Below, one piece after another: positions 55,993-64,000 of a stretch of DNA of 64,000 nt (the first letter of the stretch is position 1; the number at the start of each line of letters is the position of its first letter). The stretch lies in assembly GCA_025360455.1 (NCBI GenBank), contig JANYCF010000328.1, positions 4,451-68,450 on the forward strand, given 5' to 3'. Origin of the DNA: Opitutaceae bacterium. GTDB lineage: Bacteria; Verrucomicrobiota; Verrucomicrobiia; Opitutales; Opitutaceae. The position numbers and the translations under genes were made by a program. The notes beneath the pieces were generated by a model. That model ran no database searches. It saw only the letters and a program-made list of their open reading frames with translations, and was not told the origin of the DNA.

Positions 55993-56010
55993 GAGGAAAG
56001 GGTGGCTGGA

Positions 56011-56676
56011 TTATTCGAAATAGATGAACTCATAGTCCCCTCGGTAGCCGAAGTGCCGGTAGAGCCAGAGCCACTCGGCGGTGTCGAAAAACGATGCGCA
56101 CGTGAGGGCCCAGCACTGGAGGTTGAAAAGCTCCTGCTCGGAGCGATAGCTCTCGAGCAGCAGATAACCTTGGTGCCCGACGCGGTTCATCTCGCCGAGC
56201 GCCACCTGCAACTCCGGCAGGCGGAGGTTGTGCAGCGCGTTCAAGGTGATCACTAGGTCGAAGTGTTGGTCAGCAAACGGCAATGGCTTGCGGGCGTCAT
56301 GCAGGCGCAGGTCGGCCTTCAGCTCCGGATGGCGTCCGTCGATACCGGATTGTGAGGTATCCACGCCGACCAATTCGAGGCCGGGCTGGAGGCGTTGCAT
56401 TTCGTAGAGCAGAAATCCTTTGCCGCAGCCGATATCGAGAACGCGCGAGCCGCCCTGGAGGCCATAAGTGGTGATGAGGGCCTGTGCGACCGGGGCCCAA
56501 CGGCCGGGGAGATATTTGTAGCCACCGTACCCGTAGCGGCGGTCGCCGTCCCAATAGTCTGGGCCGTATTCCTTGGCTTTGAGCATGCAGGCCACTTTGT
56601 CATCCCTCATCCGCTCGATGTATTTGCGAGCGGTGGCTTGATGAAGCGGGGTGACGAAATTGCGGAGTGTGCCCAT
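56011..56676 (-). CDS. Class I SAM methyltransferase
   Basis: VLDIGCGKG, GVDTS and FDLVITLNALHN. Confidence 0.9.
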   Translation of the reverse strand: MGTLRNFVTPLHQATARKYIERMRDDKVACMLKAKEYGPDYWDGDRRYGYGGYKYLPGRWAPVAQALITTYGLQGGSRVLDIGCGKGFLLYEMQRLQPGLELVGVDTSQSGIDGRHPELKADLRLHDARKPLPFADQHFDLVITLNALHNLRLPELQVALGEMNRVGHQGYLLLESYRSEQELFNLQCWALTCASFFDTAEWLWLYRHFGYRGDYEFIYFE

Positions 56677-56697
56677 GGGATTTGGCGTGGTGGAAAA

Positions 56698-58350
56698 TCA
56701 GGAAGCGAGGGCGAGCGGCGGGTGAAGCGCGGCGGCGGCTTTGGCAAGCTGGGTCGTTTTGCGCGCGACGATGTCGGCCGTGCCCGCGAAGCGGCGGCGC
56801 CGGTTTCCGGCCGGGAGAAACTCATTGAGCATGATCGTACACCATTTGAGTTGGTAGATGGGAAGCAGCAGGCGGCAGCGGGCGGCGAGGACCGCGGGCG
56901 AGGCGCAACCAAGTGCGGCGGCAACGCGGGAGATGAAGTTTTCGTAGCAGTCAGCCGGCGCCGGAATCGCGGGCTGGCAGAAGAAATCGCAGACAAGTTT
57001 GGCGGGATCATCCCAACCGGCGTACTCGAAATCAAAAAACATCAGCGAGCCATCGGTCCGGCGCAGCGTGTTGTGGAAACCGAAGTCGGAGGGCGAGACA
57101 CAGCGGGGCATGGGGGCGGAGTCGGCGTTCACGTCGGAAAGCGCCGCGACGAGGGCGGGGTGATGGAGGGCGTTTTGCCAGGCGGGGAAAAGGGTATCGT
57201 TCACGAATAAACGAGCGGTGGCGTCGATTGGGTCCGTACCGGATATGCTGGCGAGACGATCCATGCGGCTTTGCACGGTGGCGAGATGCTCGGCCAGGGT
57301 GTGGCAGGTCTCGGCGGCGGGGCGGATGACATCGGCGCGGGTGCGGGCGTGGTTGAGTTGGGTGAAAAAATCGAGAGCGGCATCCACGTCTGCGGAGGTG
57401 GCCTGTTCTAGGCGGGTACCTTCGACCAGGGCAAACGCGCCCAGACGATCCGTCTCGTCCCATGCGAGCGGTTCCGGGATGCAGCGCACGCCGGCGGATT
57501 CCCAAGCGAAAGTATAAAACGCATGCTCGGAGTGGTAGCGGTCGCGGGTGTCGTTGGCCGGCGTGAAATATTGCTTCACGATGTAATCACGGCCGCTGGC
57601 AGTGCGGGCGCGGTGCACGCGATTGTTGGCGCCGCCGGGGAGCGGTTCCAAGGTGTGAGGCATCTCGCCGAAGAAGCGATTGAGCAGGCGCGCGAGGGCG
57701 GCGGGTTGCAGCGCGGCGGCCTGGATGTCGGTCACGGCGTGGGTAATGTCGAGCAAGTGCGACTGAAGATCGGTCCACGTGGCGAAAACGTGGTCACCGG
57801 TGATAACTGGCCCGGTGATGTTCGGGGCGAATAGCAATTGGGCGGTGTTGGCCGGGAAGGCCGAGTCGGACAGGATATCGGGCAGATCATCGATGAAATG
57901 AGTGCACTGGCACGAGGCGATGCGGGCGAGCTTGGCGGATTTCGTTAGCTCGAAAAAGATTTGCTCGGGACGCAGGCCGGCACCGTCGGGCGAGAAGAAG
58001 CCCTGTTGCACGAGCCAGTCCTGGGCGGCGGCGTGCAGATCGTATGGCTCGCCGACGAACGGATGGCGGGTCTTGTGACTGATGATGCAGACGGTGATGC
58101 CGTGTTCGCGGCAGGCGCGAAAGAAATCATGCACGCCGGGAAACGGTTCAGCCTCGGCCATACGTGGGCCGTAGACGCAGCCTTGCAGGGCCGTCCACTC
58201 GGGCTCGCGACCGGCAGCGCGGAGATAATCGCGAACGGCGTTCTTCGTGGCGGCAACACCGGCGGGCACGAGCCCGCGCTCCAATGCGACGCGAGGGAAG
58301 AGCGCGTCGTAGCGGACGATGGTGTTGTCGAAATCTACGCCGATAATCAT
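56698..58350 (-). CDS. HAD phosphatase fused to an APH/choline kinase-like phosphotransferase
   Basis: N-terminal IGVDFDNT, IISHKT and FIDDL (HAD); C-terminal GGANNRV, SPSDFGFHN and FFDFEYAGWDD (APH). Confidence 0.85.
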   Translation of the reverse strand: MIIGVDFDNTIVRYDALFPRVALERGLVPAGVAATKNAVRDYLRAAGREPEWTALQGCVYGPRMAEAEPFPGVHDFFRACREHGITVCIISHKTRHPFVGEPYDLHAAAQDWLVQQGFFSPDGAGLRPEQIFFELTKSAKLARIASCQCTHFIDDLPDILSDSAFPANTAQLLFAPNITGPVITGDHVFATWTDLQSHLLDITHAVTDIQAAALQPAALARLLNRFFGEMPHTLEPLPGGANNRVHRARTASGRDYIVKQYFTPANDTRDRYHSEHAFYTFAWESAGVRCIPEPLAWDETDRLGAFALVEGTRLEQATSADVDAALDFFTQLNHARTRADVIRPAAETCHTLAEHLATVQSRMDRLASISGTDPIDATARLFVNDTLFPAWQNALHHPALVAALSDVNADSAPMPRCVSPSDFGFHNTLRRTDGSLMFFDFEYAGWDDPAKLVCDFFCQPAIPAPADCYENFISRVAAALGCASPAVLAARCRLLLPIYQLKWCTIMLNEFLPAGNRRRRFAGTADIVARKTTQLAKAAAALHPPLALAS

Positions 58351-59285
58351 AGGGAACAGGCGACGTTCAGGCTACGGCGGAGCGCGGTGCTGATCGCTTC
58401 GGCTGTCAGGCCAAAATGCGCACGAGCTTCGTCCTGATCGCCGATATCATGATAAAAAGTGTCGGGCGTGCCGAAGCGGACCAGACGCGCCTCGGGGTGG
58501 GGGTGGTCGGCGAGCCATTCGGCGACGGCACCGCCAAAACCGCCGAGCACGCTGTGCTCCTCGATGGTGGCGACGAGAGTGTGGGCGGCGAAGACGCGGC
58601 TGAGCGCGGCTTCGTCGAGCGGCTTGACGGTCGGGAAACTGATGACTTCAGCCGTGATGCCTTCGGCCGCGAGTTGGCCGGCAGCTTGGAGGGCGATGGG
58701 TAGCAGCACGCCGTTGGCGAGGAGGCAGAGATCCTTGCCCACGCGCATGGGGATAGATTGGCCGAGCGCGAGTCCGGCGGGCGGGGCAGAGTGCACGACG
58801 GGTTCACCTTTTTTGCCGATGCGCATGTAAGTGGGCTGGTCCTGATGGAAAGTGGCCCGCAGCAGGGCGCGGACTTCCATGGCGTCGGCTGGCGTGAGAA
58901 CATTCATCTCGGGCAGAAGCCGGAGCATGCCGACTTCCTCGCAGGAATGGTGCGTGCCGCCGAGGGAGGCGTAGGCGAGACCCGCACCGGTGCCGACGAT
59001 GGTGACGGGCAGGCGATGGTAGCAAAGATCCACGCGGATCTGCTCGATGCAACGGTAGGTGACGAAAGGAGCGATCGTGTAGCACACGGGACGCAGGCCG
59101 CACATCGCGAGGCCGGCGGCGACCCCGATCATGTTAGCCTCGGCCACGCCGCAGTTGTAGAAGCGGTCGGGGCAACGGACCTTGAAATCGTCAAAGAGGC
59201 GGTTGCCGATATCGCCCGAAAGAAGCACGATGCGTTGATCGGCGATGGCCAGTTCAGTGATGGCTTGGGCGAAGGCGTTTCTCAT
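58347..59285 (-). CDS. Split transketolase, C-terminal (pyrimidine-binding) subunit
   Basis: Start MRNAFAQ at 59285 (ATGA overlap); CGVAEANMIG, GGTHHS and TIEEHSVLGGFG. Confidence 0.92.
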   Translation of the reverse strand: MRNAFAQAITELAIADQRIVLLSGDIGNRLFDDFKVRCPDRFYNCGVAEANMIGVAAGLAMCGLRPVCYTIAPFVTYRCIEQIRVDLCYHRLPVTIVGTGAGLAYASLGGTHHSCEEVGMLRLLPEMNVLTPADAMEVRALLRATFHQDQPTYMRIGKKGEPVVHSAPPAGLALGQSIPMRVGKDLCLLANGVLLPIALQAAGQLAAEGITAEVISFPTVKPLDEAALSRVFAAHTLVATIEEHSVLGGFGGAVAEWLADHPHPEARLVRFGTPDTFYHDIGDQDEARAHFGLTAEAISTALRRSLNVACSL

Positions 59286-60145
59286 GGCGAGCAGAGGAGT
59301 TGGGCGGCGAGGTCGACTTCGGCGGCATCGGGGATGCGATAGTGCCAGTTGTTGTCGTCCTCCATGAAGGAGACGCCCTTGCCCTTGACCGTGTGCGCGA
59401 TGATGGCGCGCGGTCGGCCCGTGGCTTCGCCGCGGGGAGCGAGGGCGGCGGCGAGGGCGGAAATATCGTGGCCGTCTACTTCGGTGGCGTCCCAACCGAA
59501 GGCACTCCACTTGTCGCGGAGCGAAGCGAGGGCCAGTACTTCGTCGCTGCGGCCGGTGGCCTGCCATTTGTTGTAGTCAATCACGACGGTGAGACGACCG
59601 AGAGATTTTCCGGCGGCGAACATCGCGGCTTCCCAGACAGAGCCTTCGTTGCATTCGCCGTCGCTCATGACGACGAGCGTGCGGTAGTCGAGATTTTGAA
59701 TGCGGCCAGAAAGCGCGAGGCCGCAACCGACGGGCAGACCGTGGCCGAGGGAACCGGTGGCGAGTTCGACCCCAGGAGCGCAATTAGGCGCGGGTTGTTC
59801 GGCGAGTTTGCCTCCGTGAACGGCGAAGGTATCGAGCCACGCTTCGGGAAAAAATCCCCGGGCGGCGAGGCAGGTGTAGAGCGCGGGAGCGGCGTGGCCC
59901 TTGCTCAGAATAAAGCGGTCGCGGTTCGCGGCAGACGCTGCGGCGGGATCGATGCGCAGGGTAAGCCAGTACGCAGCGACGAGAATATCGATGCAGGAGA
60001 GCGAAGAACCCAGATGCGGCGCACCGGAAGTGTGCGACATCTGCACGACTTGGTAGCGGAGGTTACGCGCGACCTCGGTGAGATCGGCAGGAGTAGCCCC
60101 GAAGGGCACCTGGGCGGGACGGCGTTGTTGGGGCAGGGTTTTCAC
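59282..60145 (-). CDS. Split transketolase, N-terminal (ThDP-binding) subunit
   Basis: HLGSSLS, DRFILSKGH, GSLGHG, SDGECNEGSVWEA...DYN and HTVKGKG. Confidence 0.93.
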   Translation of the reverse strand: MKTLPQQRRPAQVPFGATPADLTEVARNLRYQVVQMSHTSGAPHLGSSLSCIDILVAAYWLTLRIDPAAASAANRDRFILSKGHAAPALYTCLAARGFFPEAWLDTFAVHGGKLAEQPAPNCAPGVELATGSLGHGLPVGCGLALSGRIQNLDYRTLVVMSDGECNEGSVWEAAMFAAGKSLGRLTVVIDYNKWQATGRSDEVLALASLRDKWSAFGWDATEVDGHDISALAAALAPRGEATGRPRAIIAHTVKGKGVSFMEDDNNWHYRIPDAAEVDLAAQLLCSP

Positions 60146-61188
60146 GAGCTGAAGAGGGGAAAGTGAATCATGGCGTGAATGACTTCGCCGGAGCGCAGGC
60201 GGGCGATGGCGTCGTTGACGTCGGCGAGTGGAAAGCGATCGGTGACAAATCCGGCGGGATTGAAGCGGCCCGCGCGAAGCATGCGGACGAGGCGCGGAAT
60301 ATCCTCCGCCGGTTGACTGCCGCCGCCGTGGGAGCCGGTGAGGACTTTGCCGAAATGAAGCGGCAGGGTGTTGAGGGAAATTTTCTGATCGTGGGCCATC
60401 ACGCCGAAGATCACGCAGCGGCCGGTCGGAGCCGTGAGAGCGAAGGCTTCTTCGATCACGGCGGGCAGGCCTGTGCCATCGATCACGACGTCGGCCGGAC
60501 CGTTGAGGAGGGCCTGGACGGCGGTGCGGAAACCCGTGGAGGCGGAATTGATCACGTGCGTCGCGCCGTAGGCGCGCGCCTTGGCGAGTTTGTGTTCGTG
60601 GAGGTCAACGGCGATGACGGGGTGTGCGCCGGCGAGGTGAGCGCCGAGCACGGCCCCGAGCCCGATGCCGCCGCAGCCGATAATGACGACCGATTCGCCG
60701 ATGCGGACTTTCGCATCGTGGGTAATTACGCCGAAGCCGGTGGTGAGGGTGTCGGCGAGCAGGGCGCAGATTTCGAAATTGAGATCGATCGGAACCGGCG
60801 TGAGGCGGTTTTCCGAGACGACGCTGAATTGCTGGAAAGTGGTGATGTTACCGGCGTTGACCTTCGAGCCATCAGCACGGAGATAGGTGCTGCCTCCGGC
60901 CTCGATGCCGCGACCGGGACGCCAGTGAATGACGACGCGATCGCCGATCTTGACGTGGCGAACTTCGGGACCGGTCTCGCGGACAATGCCGCCGGCCTCG
61001 TGGCCGAGCAAGTGCGGTAAATATTTATCGGGACCTTTCGAACCTTGAATTTCACCGATCTGCGATCCGCAGATTCGGGTCGCGGCAATCTCAACGAGAA
61101 CCTGGCCATGACGGAGCACAGGGATTTCCAGCTCGGCAATTTCCAGCGGGCGGCGTTGTTCGATTAAGATGGCAGCGAGAGTCTTCAT
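60142..61188 (-). CDS. Zn-dependent medium-chain dehydrogenase
   Basis: ICGSQ, LGHEAGG and IIGCGGIG; lacks the structural-Zn Cys cluster. Confidence 0.9.
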   Translation of the reverse strand: MKTLAAILIEQRRPLEIAELEIPVLRHGQVLVEIAATRICGSQIGEIQGSKGPDKYLPHLLGHEAGGIVRETGPEVRHVKIGDRVVIHWRPGRGIEAGGSTYLRADGSKVNAGNITTFQQFSVVSENRLTPVPIDLNFEICALLADTLTTGFGVITHDAKVRIGESVVIIGCGGIGLGAVLGAHLAGAHPVIAVDLHEHKLAKARAYGATHVINSASTGFRTAVQALLNGPADVVIDGTGLPAVIEEAFALTAPTGRCVIFGVMAHDQKISLNTLPLHFGKVLTGSHGGGSQPAEDIPRLVRMLRAGRFNPAGFVTDRFPLADVNDAIARLRSGEVIHAMIHFPLFSS

Positions 61189-61209
61189 GACAGCGGGCAG
61201 CGCTGGAGT

Positions 61210-62154
61210 TTAGGCGCAGATGGCGAGCTGCTTCATCGTTTTAATGTTGTAGCAGTTTTCCTCGTCGCGGAGATGGCCCGCGCGGTAATTTGTGATGACG
61301 TCGGTAATGCCGTCTTCGACGGTGAACTTCTGGACAAAACCGGTGGCGAGCAGTTTCTTGGAAGACAGGCGGTAGGAACGCGGGTCGTTGGAAGGCGTGA
61401 CCACGATCTCCACGCCGAGGCGTTTTTGCACGCGCTGGGCGATTTCGAGAATGGAGATGTTTTCGAAGCCGGCATTGAAGATCCCGGGATGGGCCAGGCC
61501 GCAACCGAGGAAATGGTGATACACACGGATCATGTCGCGGATATGAATGTTGGGTCGCGTCTGATCGCCGCCGAAGACCGTAATCTTGTTTTTCGTGAGG
61601 GCGGACATGGTCAGCACGTTGACCGAGAGATCGAGCCGCATGCGGGGCGAATAGCCGCAGACCGTGGCGGGACGCACGATGTTGACACAGATTTTGTCGG
61701 CATAGCTGAGCAGCACGCGTTCGCTGATCATCTTGGTTTTGTTGTAGTCGGAGATGGGCACCAACGGAAGATCCTCGGTGACTTCCGGTTCGTCTTTCAC
61801 GCCGTAGACACTGCCGGAGCTGGCGAAAATGAATTGGGGAACTTGGTGCGCGATGGCCCGTTCGACGAGCAGCATGGTGGCGAGGGCGTTGACCTCCCAG
61901 TTGAGCTTGGAGTCGAGATCGGCGCAGGGATCGTTGGCGACGTTGGCCAGATGCATGATCACATCCATGCCGGCCATCGGAATACGGTCGGCGTCGCGCA
62001 CGTCTTCCTTGATGACGGTGAGATTGGGGTGCGCCGGCAAAAAGTTGCCGAACCACTGGAGATCCACGACGGTGACCGTGTGGCCCGCTTCGAGGAGACT
62101 GAGGGTGAGCGGGGTGCCGACATAACCGCAACCGCCGGTGAGTAGAATTTCCAT
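61210..62154 (-). CDS. Extended SDR NAD-dependent epimerase/dehydrogenase
   Basis: Start MEILLTGGCGYVG at 62154; ASSGSVYG, YNKTK and RPATVCGYSPRMRLDL. Confidence 0.9.
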   Translation of the reverse strand: MEILLTGGCGYVGTPLTLSLLEAGHTVTVVDLQWFGNFLPAHPNLTVIKEDVRDADRIPMAGMDVIMHLANVANDPCADLDSKLNWEVNALATMLLVERAIAHQVPQFIFASSGSVYGVKDEPEVTEDLPLVPISDYNKTKMISERVLLSYADKICVNIVRPATVCGYSPRMRLDLSVNVLTMSALTKNKITVFGGDQTRPNIHIRDMIRVYHHFLGCGLAHPGIFNAGFENISILEIAQRVQKRLGVEIVVTPSNDPRSYRLSSKKLLATGFVQKFTVEDGITDVITNYRAGHLRDEENCYNIKTMKQLAICA

Positions 62155-62171
62155 GGAGGGGTGGGAGAAAT

Positions 62172-63788
62172 TTAGAATGCGAGCATCGAGGTTCCGCCTT
62201 TGAGGAGGCGGGCCTTGCGGATGGGTTCGGCGTTGCCGACGATCTTGACGGCCTGCGCTCCGGCGAGTTGACCCATGAAGGTGGCGACGTTGAGCGGGAC
62301 ACGACTGGCCGCGGCGAGACTGGCGACGGCACAGAAGGCGTCGCCGGCTCCAACCGCATCCACCACGACATGATCGAGCGGAGGACAGGCGGTGATGCCT
62401 TTCACACAGTTGCGTCCGAGCGTCTGGTGGGCGCCGCGCGTCAACCACGCATAGCTGCTCCCGAGGTGGGTCGCGAGGTTCGTGAGCTCCTGCCCGAAAT
62501 CGATTTCCCGGCGGCCGACGGCGAGGTGCAGCTCGGTTTGGTCGAGGGTAAATACATCCGCGCGGCGGTACCGGCGATTGATGATATTGAAACCGTGATT
62601 GTTGCTGTTCGTCTGGCAATTGATGGCGAGGAACGGTGCCTTGTCCTGCACGTAGTCGCGTACGATGTCCTCCATCACGCCGTGGCCGAAATCCATCACG
62701 AGCACGAGATCGTAGCGCGAGATTTCGCCGGCGATGTGCTCCTGCAAAATGCGCTGCAGGGCTTCTCCCGGCATGTGCCTGTTAAGGTAGTTGACGGAAA
62801 AAAGTTTCGCGAGCTCTTTGCCCTCGACGCGCGGCTCGACGTAGCGCTGTTTCACAATCGTCGTGAAATCCGGGGAGCGGACAATCCGGTCGCCCTCGGG
62901 CCCGATGAAGCCGGCCAGCAGGCCGTCGATCCACGGCTCGGTGCCGGTTAATCCGATCAGCTTGACGTGCTGGGTGAATTCTTTGAGGTGCCGGTAGACG
63001 GCGAGAGCTCCGCCGGCCTGCATTTCTTCGGAGACAAAACGTCCGGATAGAATGCGGTTTTTCGAAGTGAGGCCTTGTACTTCGACCGTGGAATATTTGT
63101 CGAAGATGATATCGCCGATGACCAATACTTTCAGTTTGGCAAAGCTGTCGATGATCTGACGGAAGCGCGTGGGCGGACATTCCTGCGCGACGAGTTGGCA
63201 AAAGCTTTTCACCTCCGGCGGATAGGGATCAAAATGTTTGTTGAGCAGACGCGTTGAACTGAAAAGGATGGAACCGAGGTAGCGCATTTCGCCGCCCACG
63301 CGCTGCACGGTGAGAATATCATCACCGATATTGTTCGTGAGATCCGTCAGCGGGTCGGCGTATTCGCGGCCCTTGCAATAGAAGTGCGCGCGGATGCACT
63401 CGATGGCCTCGACGGCGGCGGGATAGGGTATCACCACGACGTAGTCCACGCACCACAGGGCCGCGAGCCAGCGGGAACGCAGCTGATCGTTGAAGTAGGG
63501 GCGACCGGGACCTTTGTTGACAAACTTCTCGCCCGTAATCGTGACGACGAGAATGTCACCCAAAGCTTTCGCTTCCTCGAAATGCACGATGTGCCCGGGA
63601 TGGATCAGATCGAAGGTGCCGTGACAATGAACGATGACCTTGCCCTGCTCGCGCAACCGCGTGCACAGAGGGCCGGCGTGGTTGAAGCCCACGATTTTTT
63701 CCTGCGGGCGAGGCGCAACTGAGACCACTCGTTTGGTGGCGACAAGGCGGCGAGTCCGCTTCGGGACCATGGATTTTAGCAAAGTCAT
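62172..63788 (-). CDS. Bifunctional nucleotidyltransferase (HIGH type) + PfkB kinase; HldE/RfaE-like with reversed domain order
   Basis: HGTFDLIHPGH, GPGRP and YCKGREY at the N-terminus; VIGDIIFD, DFGHG and DAVGAGDAF at the C-terminus. Confidence 0.9.
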   Translation of the reverse strand: MTLLKSMVPKRTRRLVATKRVVSVAPRPQEKIVGFNHAGPLCTRLREQGKVIVHCHGTFDLIHPGHIVHFEEAKALGDILVVTITGEKFVNKGPGRPYFNDQLRSRWLAALWCVDYVVVIPYPAAVEAIECIRAHFYCKGREYADPLTDLTNNIGDDILTVQRVGGEMRYLGSILFSSTRLLNKHFDPYPPEVKSFCQLVAQECPPTRFRQIIDSFAKLKVLVIGDIIFDKYSTVEVQGLTSKNRILSGRFVSEEMQAGGALAVYRHLKEFTQHVKLIGLTGTEPWIDGLLAGFIGPEGDRIVRSPDFTTIVKQRYVEPRVEGKELAKLFSVNYLNRHMPGEALQRILQEHIAGEISRYDLVLVMDFGHGVMEDIVRDYVQDKAPFLAINCQTNSNNHGFNIINRRYRRADVFTLDQTELHLAVGRREIDFGQELTNLATHLGSSYAWLTRGAHQTLGRNCVKGITACPPLDHVVVDAVGAGDAFCAVASLAAASRVPLNVATFMGQLAGAQAVKIVGNAEPIRKARLLKGGTSMLAF

Positions 63789-63797
63789 GAAAAAGGT

Positions 63798-64000
63798 TCA
63801 GGGCTTGTGAATGTAGTCGAAGGGTTGCTGGCGGATCTCAGCCAGGTGTGCATCCACCCAGGCGATCGTGGCACGTACGCCCTCTTCGAGGGAAACGGTG
63901 TCGTTCCAACCGAGCGATTGACGGGCCTTGGTGCTGTCCAAGGTATAGGCCGCATCTTTGCCGGGACGGTCGTCGGTGATTTGCGCGACGTGGTTGAAAT
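63798..64000 (-). CDS. 3' end of an NDP-sugar 4,6-dehydratase/epimerase (RfbB/Gmd-like); truncated by the window end and absent from the track
   Basis: Manual translation: FNHVAQITDDRPGKDAAYTLDSTKARQSLGWNDTVSLEEGVRATIAWVDAHLAEIRQQPFDYIHKP-stop. Confidence 0.82.
   Translation of the reverse strand, partial: FNHVAQITDDRPGKDAAYTLDSTKARQSLGWNDTVSLEEGVRATIAWVDAHLAEIRQQPFDYIHKP

Noticed and set aside
59286-59567. Track extension of the transketolase C-subunit, suggesting a fused or frameshifted full-length transketolase
   Set aside because: A clean ATGA stop/start junction at 59282-59285 is typical of naturally split two-subunit enzymes; the extension is an off-frame read of the N-subunit.
62155-62619. 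Track extension of the 61210 epimerase
   Set aside because: Off-frame read inside the upstream gene; the Rossmann motif starts at ATG 62154.
1-64000. CRISPR arrays, tRNA/rRNA genes, integrases or transposases bounding the island
   Set aside because: None recognised by eye; the repeats found are dispersed palindromes, not regularly spaced direct repeats.

Overview
Bacterial chromosomal window, most likely from an Opitutaceae-type verrucomicrobium (inferred from gene content, not from a database search). Positions 1-21.6 kb are mostly housekeeping and envelope genes. They include a truncated secreted beta-helix protein, an ECF sigma factor with a Ser/Thr kinase, rpsT, addB/addA-type genes and a 33-aa bS22-like ribosomal protein missed by the ORF track. 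They also include a pilMNOPQ-type operon, a polyprenyl synthase, a second ECF sigma with a putative anti-sigma, class I fumarase, kdsD and a TPR-LysM lipoprotein. From about 21.9 kb to the window end lies a >42 kb surface-glycan island in three blocks. Block 1 (minus strand) has four tandem paralogs sharing an unassigned ~320-aa N-terminal module fused to GT2-GT2-GT4, GT4, GT4 or methyltransferase domains. Block 2 (plus strand) has gmhA, gmhB, hddC, lhgO and a Cj1427-like GDP-heptose C4-dehydrogenase, followed by two GT41 paralogs, a radical SAM protein, a GT4-GT2 fusion and an FkbM methyltransferase. Block 3 (minus strand) has a split transketolase, a HAD-kinase fusion, a reversed-order HldE-like protein, SDRs, a tandem WbuC cupin, a sugar C-methyltransferase and several O-methyltransferases. 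The best candidates for undescribed biology are a possible 2-oxoglutarate/2-hydroxyglutarate recycling loop (LhgO plus the Cj1427-like enzyme), the shared-module glycosyltransferase family, the twin GT41 enzymes beside the heptose pathway, and a transketolase-based route to a branched or higher-carbon methylated sugar. At least three families of REP-like palindromes mark gene boundaries in the island. I saw no rRNA, tRNA, CRISPR array or transposase.
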